Positions 39,609 through 48,615 are shown, counted from the stretch's first letter. The stretch is 64,000 bases of DNA from Mycobacteriales bacterium (GCA_035776655.1 DASTWK010000085.1:1141-65140), one strand, 5' to 3'. Numbers and translations: made by a program. The notes: generated from the letters alone by a model not told the origin.

Positions 39609-41900
39609 ATGGTGCGACTTCGCTTGGCCATGGCGCTCGCCGGCTCGGTTTGCGCAGGAAGCCTGGTCACCGCCAATGCGGCGGACGCTGCCGGCGGGCA
39701 GTGGTACAAGGCCGACCTGCACGTCCACTCGGTGTTCAGCGCGGACGCGTACCCGGATCTCGGCATCCTCACCAGCTCGGCGAGGTCCGCGGGCTTCAAC
39801 GCGATCTTCCTCACCGACCACAACCTCGCCAGCAACTTTCCGATCAGCGGGATGACGGCCGACAACGTCTTCCTGCCGGATGCGTCGGCGGGCACAACGC
39901 CGCCGCGACGGTGGACGGCGGGGGCGACCGGCTCGTCGAGCTCCTCGACCGATGCGGTGGTCAGCTCGCCGGTCGCCTCCAGCTCGTCCACGTCGTCGGT
40001 GCACCTTGCGAGCACGTCGTCGACGGCGGGAGAGAGCTTCATCTGGACCAAGCGCGGTCCGCAGCTGCGCGCGTCGGACGCGATGCTCACGTTCTCGGTC
40101 GACGTCAAGCAGCTCAGCGGTGGGTCCGGCGTGTACGTGTCCGCCTCGATCGGCGGCGATCCCACGATCAAGGAGCCGGCGAACAACCCCGTCGGCTACA
40201 CGACGACCGCCGGCGTCGTCTCCCCCGGGAAGTCGAACGTGCTGGTCTGGTATTTCGGCGCGGCGCCGCCGGCGTCGTTCTACGGAAGCGCGCGGATGGT
40301 CGCGCACGCGCTCACGACCAGCGACTGCGACAAGCCCTTCGCCGTCGGCACCTGGGTGACGTGCACCGTCGATCTCACCGCGGCGGCGAAGAACGACATC
40401 CCGGCCGCGGACCAGCCGCTGCCCTATGACGCGTTGACCGACCTCAAGATGGCGGCCGTCGGCAACGGAGGTACGGCGGACGCATACTTCGACAACTACT
40501 CGGTGCAGGCGACGTCCGACTCGGCGGAGGAGTTCGTCTATCGCAACAGCCTGATCGACGCCGGCACCTACGACTCGCCGGGCTCGTTCATGCTCTTCCC
40601 CTCCGTCGAGATGGGGACGAACGAGCATGCGCAACGGTTCAACTTCGACATCAAGGACCCCAGCCAGTTCACGTCCTACTCGAATGGCATCGACGGCATC
40701 GCTCCGACCCAGGCCACCGGCTATCCCGCGCAGCTCAACCATCCGGGGGTGCCGGGGGGCGTCAGCGACGCACAGGCGGTGAGCACCGATGCAGAAGGTG
40801 CCGACCTCATGGAGGTCCGGCAGCAGAACATGATCAACGACTGGGACGCCATCCTGCGGACGGGGCACCCGCCGGTCGGCACCTGGGGCGGTGACAACCA
40901 CATCGGCAAGTGGACGAAGAGCAGCCAAGCCACGCAGATCTGGGCGCCGGCGCTGGACTTCGACTCACTGACCACTGCACTGAAGCAGGGGCAGATCTCG
41001 CTGTCGGCCGGGGTCTCGGGCATGGCGTTCAACCTGGATGGGTCCAGCGCGCCCTATCCGGCGGCGACACCCGTGATGGTGCCGAGCACGCAGACGTCGC
41101 AGTCGGTGCACCTGTCCATCGCCGGTGGCGTCGCGTCCGGCGACACCGTCAAGTGGCTGTCGAACAAGGGCAGCACGTCGACGACATCGACGATCGCGAC
41201 CGACTCGGTGTCCGGCACGACCTACGACGCGACGAAGACAGTGGCCCTGTCAGGTCCCTCGACGTACGTGCGGGCAGAGGTCTGGCGTGGGACGAAGCTG
41301 CGGGGAATGACCGAAGCCATCATGTTCTCGATCGGGGACAGCGGTGGCAGCACGGGCAGCGGGACCGGCACCGGCGGCACCGGCGGCACCGGCGGCACCG
41401 GCAGCACCGGCAGCACCGGCAGCGGGACGTCCATGACGTTGACACCGGTCGCGGACGCCTACGTCAACGGCGGATCGCCCTCGGCCACCTACGGCACCAA
41501 GACGTCGCTCCGCGTGGATGCGTCGCCAGATGTCCGCTCCTACGTTCAGTTCGACCTGTCCGGCGTCACCGGCACTGTCACCGACGCCACCCTGCGCGTG
41601 TGGGCGACCTCGAGTCAGCGCAGCGGCTATCGGGCGGTCGCACTCAGCAACCCGGCCCAGAGCTGGAGCGAGTCGGCGATCTGCTATGCCAACGCTCCGC
41701 CCGTGACCACGACCGCCTTCGGCTCATCGGGGCCGGTGACCTCGGGGAGCTGGACGACCGTCGACGTGACCGGGTTCGTCACTGCAGCCGAGGGTGGTGT
41801 GGCCACACTCGCCCTGACGACGTCGAGCAGTACCGCGCTCGCTTTGGCCAGTCGCGAGTCAGGTGCGACCGCGCCGCAACTCGTCATCACCACGGGCTGA
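39609..41900 (+). CDS. Secreted PHP-domain (CehA/McbA-like) metallohydrolase with an inserted domain, Gly/Thr/Ser linker and C-terminal DNRLRE-like beta-sandwich
   Basis: Signal MVRLRLAMALAGSVCAGSLVTANA-AD. PHP motifs are KADLHVHSVFS, FLTDHN, VEMGTNEHA, LNHPG and GGDNH. The C-terminus reads LTPVADAYVNGGSPSATYG...LRVDASP.RSYVQFDLSGV...ATLRVW. Confidence 0.7.
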   Translation: MVRLRLAMALAGSVCAGSLVTANAADAAGGQWYKADLHVHSVFSADAYPDLGILTSSARSAGFNAIFLTDHNLASNFPISGMTADNVFLPDASAGTTPPRRWTAGATGSSSSSTDAVVSSPVASSSSTSSVHLASTSSTAGESFIWTKRGPQLRASDAMLTFSVDVKQLSGGSGVYVSASIGGDPTIKEPANNPVGYTTTAGVVSPGKSNVLVWYFGAAPPASFYGSARMVAHALTTSDCDKPFAVGTWVTCTVDLTAAAKNDIPAADQPLPYDALTDLKMAAVGNGGTADAYFDNYSVQATSDSAEEFVYRNSLIDAGTYDSPGSFMLFPSVEMGTNEHAQRFNFDIKDPSQFTSYSNGIDGIAPTQATGYPAQLNHPGVPGGVSDAQAVSTDAEGADLMEVRQQNMINDWDAILRTGHPPVGTWGGDNHIGKWTKSSQATQIWAPALDFDSLTTALKQGQISLSAGVSGMAFNLDGSSAPYPAATPVMVPSTQTSQSVHLSIAGGVASGDTVKWLSNKGSTSTTSTIATDSVSGTTYDATKTVALSGPSTYVRAEVWRGTKLRGMTEAIMFSIGDSGGSTGSGTGTGGTGGTGGTGSTGSTGSGTSMTLTPVADAYVNGGSPSATYGTKTSLRVDASPDVRSYVQFDLSGVTGTVTDATLRVWATSSQRSGYRAVALSNPAQSWSESAICYANAPPVTTTAFGSSGPVTSGSWTTVDVTGFVTAAEGGVATLALTTSSSTALALASRESGATAPQLVITTG
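41369..41422 (+). repeat. 9-bp tandem repeat (CACCGGCGG x3, CACCGGCAG x3) encoding the (GTG/GST) linker
   Basis: Read directly. Six in-frame 9-bp units give GTGGTGGTGGTGSTGSTGSG inside the PHP-protein gene. Confidence 0.9.
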
Positions 41901-41911
41901 GCCGCTCGCCA

Positions 41912-41939
41912 CGAACCCCGTCACGCGGTCAGGGGTTCG
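41912..41939. terminator. Hairpin between convergent genes (bidirectional terminator candidate)
   Basis: CGAACCCC (41912-41919) pairs with GGGGTTCG (41932-41939) around a 12-nt loop. It spans the stop codon of the minus-strand hydrolase gene. Confidence 0.35.
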
Positions 41940-44289
41940 AGCTGCGGTTGACCAGAGGTGTGTAAGGCCGACAAGGCTCGTTGCGCAGACTGGGGCACGG
42001 CGGTTGCCCCGTTGGCACGGCGACGCCGGGCACGACCGGCAGCACCAGGCTCGACGGCATCGTGGGCGAGATCGCGATCGAAACCTTGGCGGTTCCCGCT
42101 GGCCGGGTGTGGCTGAACGACCAGATCGGCTGCGCGCCGTTCGGTGCGGCGATCGTGACCCGGATCCGGGTGCCGGCGCGATAGACGTGGCCCTGGTAGT
42201 AGAGCGGGATCGCGACCTTGACGAACCGGCCGGCCGGCATCGGCCGCGCGTCGGAGGCGAGGATGCTCGGCACCGGCTCGAGCAACGTGCTCGGCGTGTG
42301 CATGACGTTGTGCCTCGTCGTCGACAGCTTGCGCTCGCTGGCCCGCAGGTAGCCGTTCTGGACGAACGTCTCCTTCCCGTCCGGCGTGACTTCGCTGATC
42401 GTCGCCTGCAGGTCGACGTCGGGCGTCGAGGACTTGACCCAGACGTAGACGGCGCCCGCACCGATGACAGCGGTGTCTCGCTTCAACGGCGCGCTCACGT
42501 ACGAAACTGCGGTGCCGGCCGGGTTGGGCTTCCAGTTCCACTCCCACTGCGAGGCGTTGCCCCACAAACCTCCGCCTCCGGTGTCCTTGCCGAAGTCGGT
42601 CAGCGGCAGCGCCTTGGCGTCCGAGGTGTACCAGTCGACGCTGCGCCGGGTCGGGCGGCTGTCGGTGAGTGTCCCTTGCGGTCCGAGATACCAGCGGTGC
42701 GCGGCGGTGTGCGGGATCGGCCAGCTCGGGAACGACTGCTCGAACGCGGGATACGGATTGCCGGGCGTGGAGTCACCGGACGGGGACGTGCCGGCGCCGT
42801 TGTCGAACAGGATCCGCACCGACGGCAGCTTCTCGTACGCAGCGAGCGCAGACTCGTACGTCGGCTCGGCCTGGATCGGGTCCAGCGGCATCGTCACCGC
42901 ATCGTCCTGCGGCAGACCCATGGCCGCCTGGTAGATCGCCGGTGCCGCGGCGTGAGTGACCGCTGCGTTGACGGCCGGCGCCTGCTTGGCGACGTACAGC
43001 TCGAGGAAGTCGTACCAGCGGTTGTAGGTCTCCGGGTCGAGCGAGTCGATGTGCGGGCCGTTGGTGAAGGTGAACCACTTGGTCTTCGTGCCGGTCATGT
43101 GCGCGGCGAGTGTCGGGCAGTGCCCACCGGTCTGCTCGTCCTCCCACTGGCACGCCATGAACACCGGCACGTCGATCTTGTGGACGAACGTGACCGGGTC
43201 CAGTGGATCGGCGACCGCCGGCCGGTAGTGCGAGTTCTGTCGGATCGTCTTCAGCAGGTCCTGCGCCTCGCCGTGCAGCACCTGGTTGCTCTTGCAGGTC
43301 TTGTCACCGTCCCGGATGCGCTGCTCGGCGTAGGGCTGCGTCCCCTTGCGGCCCTGCCCCGCCGGCTGCGCCTCGGCCTGCCGCTCCTTGGCCCAGGCGA
43401 CGGCGAAGCCGTCGTTGCGGATGCCGCCGGGGTAGAGGGTCGTCGCGGTCGCGTCGATGACCGACAGCGGCGAGATCGCGGCGAGGGAGGGCGGACGCAG
43501 CTGTGCCGTGAACAGCTGGCTGATGCCGCCGTAGGAGATGCCCATCATGCCGACCTTGTGACCCTTGACCCAGGGCTGGCGGGCAATGGTCTCGATGACG
43601 TCGTAACCGTCGAGATTCTGCAGCGGCTCGAAGAAGTTGTAGGCGCCGCCGGAGCAGCCGCTGCCGCGCATGTTGACGTCAACGACCGCGAAGCCCATGA
43701 GGTTGGCCAGCACCGCGATGCCGTTGGTCGGCCCGGCCGGGTTGGCATAGCCGTAGCCGGAGTACTCGATCAGGGTCGGGTACGGCGGGGCGTAGTCGGG
43801 CAAGCCCGTCGGCAGGTTGTTGTCGGGGATCGGCTCACCGGCTGGCGCCGTCGGCGGATGCACGTAGTAGGCCAGCTTCGTCCCGTCCCGGGTGGTGAGG
43901 TAGCCGTAACCGTGGTCCGGGATCGACTGGTCGTAGACCTTCGGATCCCACGGCGCCGGGCGCTCGGAGTGCACCGTCAGCCGGCCGGACGTGGGGCCGT
44001 CGGGCAACACCCGCACCCGGTAGCCGGAGCCGGGCGAGACCTTGTAGAAGACCGCACCGCCCAGGGAGTCGGCTCGTTTGGTGGCCACTCGGTCGCCGGA
44101 GCGGTTGATCAGGGCCAGCCGCGCCCCGCCGGCGACTCCGGTGACGTAGACCTGCTTGGCGCTGCCGGTAGCCGTGAACGCAGCTGCCTTGGCGCCCGGG
44201 CTCGCCACGGCGGACGAGCCGGCGGCGAACAGGCCAGCCACCAGCGCGGTGGCGAGCGAGATCCGGACGAAGGCGTGGTGGTTCCGCAC
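41929..44289 (-). CDS. Secreted CocE/NonD-family hydrolase (Xaa-Pro dipeptidyl-peptidase S15-like)
   Basis: EYSGYGYANP, DVNMRGSGCSGG, LDGYDVIETIARQPWV...KVGMMGISYGG (nucleophile Ser), and a C-terminal beta-sandwich. GGAGGAG lies upstream of GTG 44289, which gives the signal peptide VRNHHAFVRISLATALVAGLFAAGSSAVASPGAKA. Confidence 0.85.
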   Translation of the reverse strand: MRNHHAFVRISLATALVAGLFAAGSSAVASPGAKAAAFTATGSAKQVYVTGVAGGARLALINRSGDRVATKRADSLGGAVFYKVSPGSGYRVRVLPDGPTSGRLTVHSERPAPWDPKVYDQSIPDHGYGYLTTRDGTKLAYYVHPPTAPAGEPIPDNNLPTGLPDYAPPYPTLIEYSGYGYANPAGPTNGIAVLANLMGFAVVDVNMRGSGCSGGAYNFFEPLQNLDGYDVIETIARQPWVKGHKVGMMGISYGGISQLFTAQLRPPSLAAISPLSVIDATATTLYPGGIRNDGFAVAWAKERQAEAQPAGQGRKGTQPYAEQRIRDGDKTCKSNQVLHGEAQDLLKTIRQNSHYRPAVADPLDPVTFVHKIDVPVFMACQWEDEQTGGHCPTLAAHMTGTKTKWFTFTNGPHIDSLDPETYNRWYDFLELYVAKQAPAVNAAVTHAAAPAIYQAAMGLPQDDAVTMPLDPIQAEPTYESALAAYEKLPSVRILFDNGAGTSPSGDSTPGNPYPAFEQSFPSWPIPHTAAHRWYLGPQGTLTDSRPTRRSVDWYTSDAKALPLTDFGKDTGGGGLWGNASQWEWNWKPNPAGTAVSYVSAPLKRDTAVIGAGAVYVWVKSSTPDVDLQATISEVTPDGKETFVQNGYLRASERKLSTTRHNVMHTPSTLLEPVPSILASDARPMPAGRFVKVAIPLYYQGHVYRAGTRIRVTIAAPNGAQPIWSFSHTRPAGTAKVSIAISPTMPSSLVLPVVPGVAVPTGQPPCPSLRNEPCRPYTPLVNRSSNP

Positions 44290-44446
44290 GACGGGACATC
44301 TCCTCCGGTGGGGGACCGGGACGGTGTGGATCGCGTCGACGTACTTCGACACACTCGGAGCCAGTCCTGCACCCCGACGCTGATCCAGCCCGCTGCGCCT
44401 GCCGCCGGGCACCGACCGGCGATCCAGGCTCTAGGTTGAAACGGCT

Positions 44447-45106
44447 ATGCGTCTGGTCATTGCTCGCTGCAGCGTCGACTACGCCGGCCGTCTGCAGGCT
44501 CACTTGCCGATGGCGACCCGGCTGCTCGTGCGCAAGGCCGACGGCTCCGTGCTCGTGCACTCGGACGCGGGCGGTTACAAGCCGCTGATGTGGATGACGC
44601 CGCCGTGCGCGCTGCGGGAGGACGCGGGCACTTGGACGGTCACCAACAAGGCCGGCGAGCAGCTGATCATCTCCCTCGACGAGGTTCTCTCGGACACCGC
44701 GCACGAGCTGGGCATGGACCCCGGGCTGGTCAAGGACGGGGTGGAGGCCCACCTCCAGCAGCTGCTCGCCGACCGCTGCGAGGTGCTGGGAGCCGGATGG
44801 AAGCTGGTACGACGGGAGTACCCGACCGACATCGGGCCGGTCGACCTGCTCTGCCGGGACGCAGACGGCCACCACATCGCCGTCGAGATCAAGCGACGCG
44901 GCGAGATCGACGGCGTGGAGCAGCTGAGCCGATATCTCGACCGACTTCAGCGCGACCCCCTGCTCCGGCCCGTTCGCGGCGTGTTCGCCGCTCAGGAGAT
45001 CAAGCCGCAGGCGCGGGTGCTGGCCGCCGAGCGTGGCATCGACTGCGTCGTCTTGGACTACGACGAGTTGCGCGGGATCGAGCCGGACACCCCGCGCCTG
45101 TTCTGA
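44447..45106 (+). CDS. nucS: Endonuclease NucS (EndoMS, non-canonical mismatch repair)
   Basis: [16 protein letters not shown]...[22 protein letters not shown] and a RecB-like nuclease core ([22 protein letters not shown]). Confidence 0.93.
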   Translation: MRLVIARCSVDYAGRLQAHLPMATRLLVRKADGSVLVHSDAGGYKPLMWMTPPCALREDAGTWTVTNKAGEQLIISLDEVLSDTAHELGMDPGLVKDGVEAHLQQLLADRCEVLGAGWKLVRREYPTDIGPVDLLCRDADGHHIAVEIKRRGEIDGVEQLSRYLDRLQRDPLLRPVRGVFAAQEIKPQARVLAAERGIDCVVLDYDELRGIEPDTPRLF

Positions 45107-45136
45107 CCTCGAGAGCCCTTACGCGAGACTGTCGGT

Positions 45137-46189
45137 GTGGACGTCAACGCCGTAGGAGTGGTGGGGCTCGGCACGATGGGTGCCGGCATCACCGAGGTCT
45201 TCGCCCGCGCCGACATCACCGTCGTGGCCGTCGAGGCCGAGGACACGTTGCTCACCGCCGGCCGCGGCCGGGTCGAGACGTCACTACGGCGGGCGGTCGA
45301 CCGCGGCCGACTCACGCCCGATGCGCTGTCGGCCACGCTCGACCGCTTCACGTTCACGACCGACCGGGAGGCACTGGCCAAGGCCGACCTCGTCATCGAG
45401 GCGGTCCCCGAGCGGCTCGACGTCAAGACAGGTCTGTTCGCCGACCTCGACCGCATCTGCCGGCCGGAGACGATCCTCGCCACCAACACGTCCTCGCTGC
45501 CGGTCACGGCCATCGCCGCCGGCACCGGCCGTCCCGCCCGAGTCGTCGGCATGCACTTCTTCAATCCTGCGCCGGTGATGCAGCTGGTGGAGGTCGTCAC
45601 CACCGTGCTGGCCGACGGCGATGTCGTCAGCAGTGTCAGCGGCCTGGCCCAGCGCTGTGGCAAGACCCCGGTCGTCGTCGGTGACCGTGCCGGCTTCATC
45701 GCCAACGCGTTGTTGCTGCCCTATCTCAACCATGCCGCCCGCCTGGTCGAGACCGGCGCGGGCGCGGTTGACGCGATCGACACGGCCGTGGTCGCGGCCA
45801 CCGGCTTGCCGATGGGGCCGTTGTCACTCATGGATCTCATCGGCCTCGACGTGTGCGTCCCGATCCTCGACGTGCTCTGGGAGGAGTTCCGCGACCGCCG
45901 GTACGCCGTCTCGCCGCTGCTGCGCCGGCTGGCGCTCGCCGGTCACCTGGGCCGCAAGAGCGGCCGTGGGTGGTACCGGTACGACGGCGAGCAGCCGCTG
46001 CCCGCCGTACCCTCGGCTGGCCGCGGCGACTTCGACCCGCAAGCGCTCATCGGCGCGCACGTCGCTGACGGCCGACGCATGGTCGCTGAGCACTACGCGG
46101 ACGCCGAAGCCGTCGACACCGCCATGCGGCTCGGCTGCGGCTACCCCCGGGGGCTGTTCGCCCTCGACCCGGAGGCTGCGACCGCCTGA
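45137..46189 (+). CDS. 3-hydroxyacyl-CoA (3-hydroxybutyryl-CoA) dehydrogenase
   Basis: VGVVGLGTMGAGI, LATNTSSLPVT, GMHFFNPAPVMQLVE, PGFIANALLLPYLN. Confidence 0.88.
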   Translation: MDVNAVGVVGLGTMGAGITEVFARADITVVAVEAEDTLLTAGRGRVETSLRRAVDRGRLTPDALSATLDRFTFTTDREALAKADLVIEAVPERLDVKTGLFADLDRICRPETILATNTSSLPVTAIAAGTGRPARVVGMHFFNPAPVMQLVEVVTTVLADGDVVSSVSGLAQRCGKTPVVVGDRAGFIANALLLPYLNHAARLVETGAGAVDAIDTAVVAATGLPMGPLSLMDLIGLDVCVPILDVLWEEFRDRRYAVSPLLRRLALAGHLGRKSGRGWYRYDGEQPLPAVPSAGRGDFDPQALIGAHVADGRRMVAEHYADAEAVDTAMRLGCGYPRGLFALDPEAATA

Positions 46190-46470
46190 TGTGTCCCCGG
46201 CGCGCCCGTCGGCGGGACGACACCCCGCGCCCGCTGCGGGTGGAGGGTGACGTCGCGACCGAACACGCCGCCGACGGTGACTGGGTGGTGCGACCGATCA
46301 GCGCCGAGGCTGCCGTGAAGACCTATCGCTGCCCCGGCTGCGACCAGGAGATCCCGCCGGCGGTGCCGCACGTGGTCGCCTGGCGGGTCGGCGAGGAGGA
46401 GTTGCGACGGCACTGGCACCGGCCCTGCTGGGGGGCGCGACTGCGCCGCGGCCTGCAGCGGCGCCGATGA
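46189..46470 (+). CDS. Small Cys-containing (zinc-ribbon-like) protein of unknown function
   Basis: High GC3. Motifs are YRCPGCDQEIPP...HVVAW...RRHWHRPCW. ATG overlaps the upstream stop (TGATG) and its own stop overlaps the next start (ATGA). The true start may be internal. Confidence 0.5.
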   Translation: MCPRRARRRDDTPRPLRVEGDVATEHAADGDWVVRPISAEAAVKTYRCPGCDQEIPPAVPHVVAWRVGEEELRRHWHRPCWGARLRRGLQRRR

Positions 46471-47192
46471 CGGAGATCCGGGCCAACACGGTGCTGCCGG
46501 CGCGGCGGGAGCCGGTCACCTTGCACACCGCCGACGGCCTGCGGCTGGTCGGCGAGCTCGCGCTGCCGGAGGACCGGCCTCCGGTGGCGACGCTCGTCCT
46601 GCTCCACCCACTGCCGACGCACGGCGGCATGATGGACAGCCACCTGTTCCGCAAGGCCGCCAACCGGCTGCCGGCGCTTGCCGGTCTCGCCGTCCTCCGC
46701 TTCAACACCCGCGGCACCGCGTCCGTGCAGGGGCGGAGCGAGGGTGAGTTCGACAACGGTGAGGCGGAGCGGCTCGACGTCGCCGCCGCCCTCGATCGGG
46801 TGGAGTACGCCGACCTGCCGGCGCCATGGCTGGTCGGCTGGTCGTTCGGCACTGACCTCGCCATCCGCTACGGGGTCGACCCCTCGGTGGTCGGGGCCGT
46901 TCTCATCTCCCCGCCGCTGCGGTTCTCCTCCGACGCCGACCTGCAGCGTTGGGCGGCATCGGGCAAGCCGCTGGTCGCGATCGTGCCGGAGCTCGACGAC
47001 TATCTACGGCCGGCCGAGGCGCGGCAGCGGTTCGCGGTGGTGCCGCAGGCAACGGTCGTCGATGTGCCGGGGGCGAAGCATCTGTTCGTCGGCTACACCG
47101 AGACGGTGCTCGACGAAGTGGTGCGGGCGGTCACTCCCGCCGCGGCACCGCTGCCGCGGGAGTGGCCGCCCGCGTCGTTTGCTGGGGACTGA
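46467..47192 (+). CDS. Alpha/beta hydrolase
   Basis: LLHPLPTHGG, nucleophile elbow LVGWSFGTD, and a C-terminal AKHLF (His). 241 aa. Confidence 0.75.
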   Translation: MTEIRANTVLPARREPVTLHTADGLRLVGELALPEDRPPVATLVLLHPLPTHGGMMDSHLFRKAANRLPALAGLAVLRFNTRGTASVQGRSEGEFDNGEAERLDVAAALDRVEYADLPAPWLVGWSFGTDLAIRYGVDPSVVGAVLISPPLRFSSDADLQRWAASGKPLVAIVPELDDYLRPAEARQRFAVVPQATVVDVPGAKHLFVGYTETVLDEVVRAVTPAAAPLPREWPPASFAGD

Positions 47193-47209
47193 GCTCTTCG
47201 CTCGCCGGG

Positions 47210-48421
47210 TCAGCTCGCGTGCTGGCCGTTGCGCCGGCGGCGCCGGCCCGCCACCATCAGTGCTCCACCGCCGCCGAGTGCAGCTGCCGCCGCCGCGGCG
47301 AGGCCACCGATCTCGGAGCCGGTGAACGGCAGGCTCCGGGTCACTGACTCACCGAGCACCTGCGGGGCGGCCTTGGCGGCCGCACCGACGGTTGGGTGGG
47401 CCGGGGTCCGGACGAAGTGCTCGCCGAGCACCTGCGGGGCGCTGTGCTGCTCCTGCTCGGTGCCGCCCACTTCGGTGCCACCAGAGGTCGTCGTGCCACC
47501 GGTCTGCGTGTTGCCACCCGTCTCGACCGGCGGCGTGTTCGTCTCGCCGGCGGGCGGCGTGCTGGTGCACGGTGCGACCCAGAACACCTTGTACTTGTGC
47601 CCGCCCGGTGCGCCGGTGTCCACGGTCAGCTTGACGTGGTATCCCTGCTGCGGCTGAGGAGCACCCAGGCTGGCTAAGTCGAGGCTGCCCTGCGGGAAGG
47701 CCAGCTCCCCATCGAAGTCGTTGCCGCCGGCTGCGTCGTCGGGAGACGTGATCGTCGTCGACGCACCGGTCACCGTGATCGGCTGCCCCGCACCGGTGGG
47801 TGCCTGGCCGGCGAACGAGACCGTCAGCTGCTGGTTGAGGTCGAAGCCCCAGAAGTCCACGGCGAAGCCACAGCCGACGTGCGGGACGTTGTGGTGCGAC
47901 ATGTCACCGGTGAGGCTGTGGATCTTGACCGTGCCGTTGTTGCCCGGCGGGTTGTGGCCGTTCGAGGTGTTCGCACCACCGGTGCCGCCGCTGCCGTGGT
48001 CGGACCCATTGCCCTGGCTCGTTCCCTTGCTGTTCGGCGCGGTGGTGGACTTGCCGCCGTTGGCGTTCGGGTTGCTGTTGGGTGCGGTCGAAGAGCGCCC
48101 GCCGTTGCTGCCGGAGCTGGTGCTGCCGGAGCTGGTGCTGCCGGAGCTGGTGCCGCCGCTGCCGGCGGTGCCGCTGCCGTTCGGCCCGTTGCTGTTGGGG
48201 GCGCCGCCCTTGTTGGGCGCGGTCCCGCTGTTGCCCGGGCTGCTGCCGGAGCTGCTGTGGGTGCTGGACGAGCCGGACGGCTGGGCGGGAGTGCCACCGC
48301 TGTCCTGCGGCATGGCGGCGGCCGGCAGGGCCGCGGCGGCGGTCAGCACGAAGGCTGCGCCGGTGACGCCCAGAGCGGCGAGGGCCGCTTTGGCGGGGTC
48401 AGAAGTGGTGACGCGTGACAT
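47210..48421 (-). CDS. LPXTG-anchored cell-surface protein with a Ser/Gly/Asn/Thr-rich stalk
   Basis: Signal peptide (..AAFVLTAAAALPAAAMPQD), a approximately 130-aa low-complexity region and a approximately 160-aa globular domain. The sorting signal is LPFTG (47318-47332), then a hydrophobic stretch and an RRRRR tail. Confidence 0.8.
   Translation of the reverse strand: MSRVTTSDPAKAALAALGVTGAAFVLTAAAALPAAAMPQDSGGTPAQPSGSSSTHSSSGSSPGNSGTAPNKGGAPNSNGPNGSGTAGSGGTSSGSTSSGSTSSGSNGGRSSTAPNSNPNANGGKSTTAPNSKGTSQGNGSDHGSGGTGGANTSNGHNPPGNNGTVKIHSLTGDMSHHNVPHVGCGFAVDFWGFDLNQQLTVSFAGQAPTGAGQPITVTGASTTITSPDDAAGGNDFDGELAFPQGSLDLASLGAPQPQQGYHVKLTVDTGAPGGHKYKVFWVAPCTSTPPAGETNTPPVETGGNTQTGGTTTSGGTEVGGTEQEQHSAPQVLGEHFVRTPAHPTVGAAAKAAPQVLGESVTRSLPFTGSEIGGLAAAAAAALGGGGALMVAGRRRRRNGQHAS
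48106..48150 (-). repeat. Perfect 15-bp tandem repeat x3 inside the LPXTG gene, encoding (STSSG)3
   Basis: TGCTGCCGGAGCTGG is repeated three times without mismatch (48106-48120, 48121-48135, 48136-48150). Confidence 0.9.
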
Positions 48422-48615
48422 AGTTCCTCCGCCTCGTGACGAGCCCCGGATGGGTGTCGCGACCCGGCTGTTCCGGCTCTCGCGACTTGGCTCAGCAGTG
48501 CCCAGCCGACAACTCGGACAAACGCCGTTATTCGCTGTGTGTGACGGCGTCGGTGCGGAGGGTCAGGCCCTCAGGAGGGTCGTGCGGCCGGCGGCCGCAG
48601 CCCGCAGATCCAAAC

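Noticed and set aside
41369-41422. Short perfect tandem repeats (also at 48106-48150 and 57852-57896), considered as CRISPR-like or minisatellite elements.
   Set aside because: The units are 9-15 bp, contiguous with no spacers, in frame and inside genes. They encode low-complexity linkers, so they are not CRISPR arrays.
41863-44439. 858-aa plus-strand ORF opposite the CocE/NonD hydrolase. Similar plus-strand ORFs lie at 56208-58319, 57604-59352, 59358-60782 and 61550-63049, opposite glgB, pep2, treS and glgE.
   Set aside because: All are antisense to genes with clear family motifs and have Arg/Val/Asp/Gly-rich low-information sequences.
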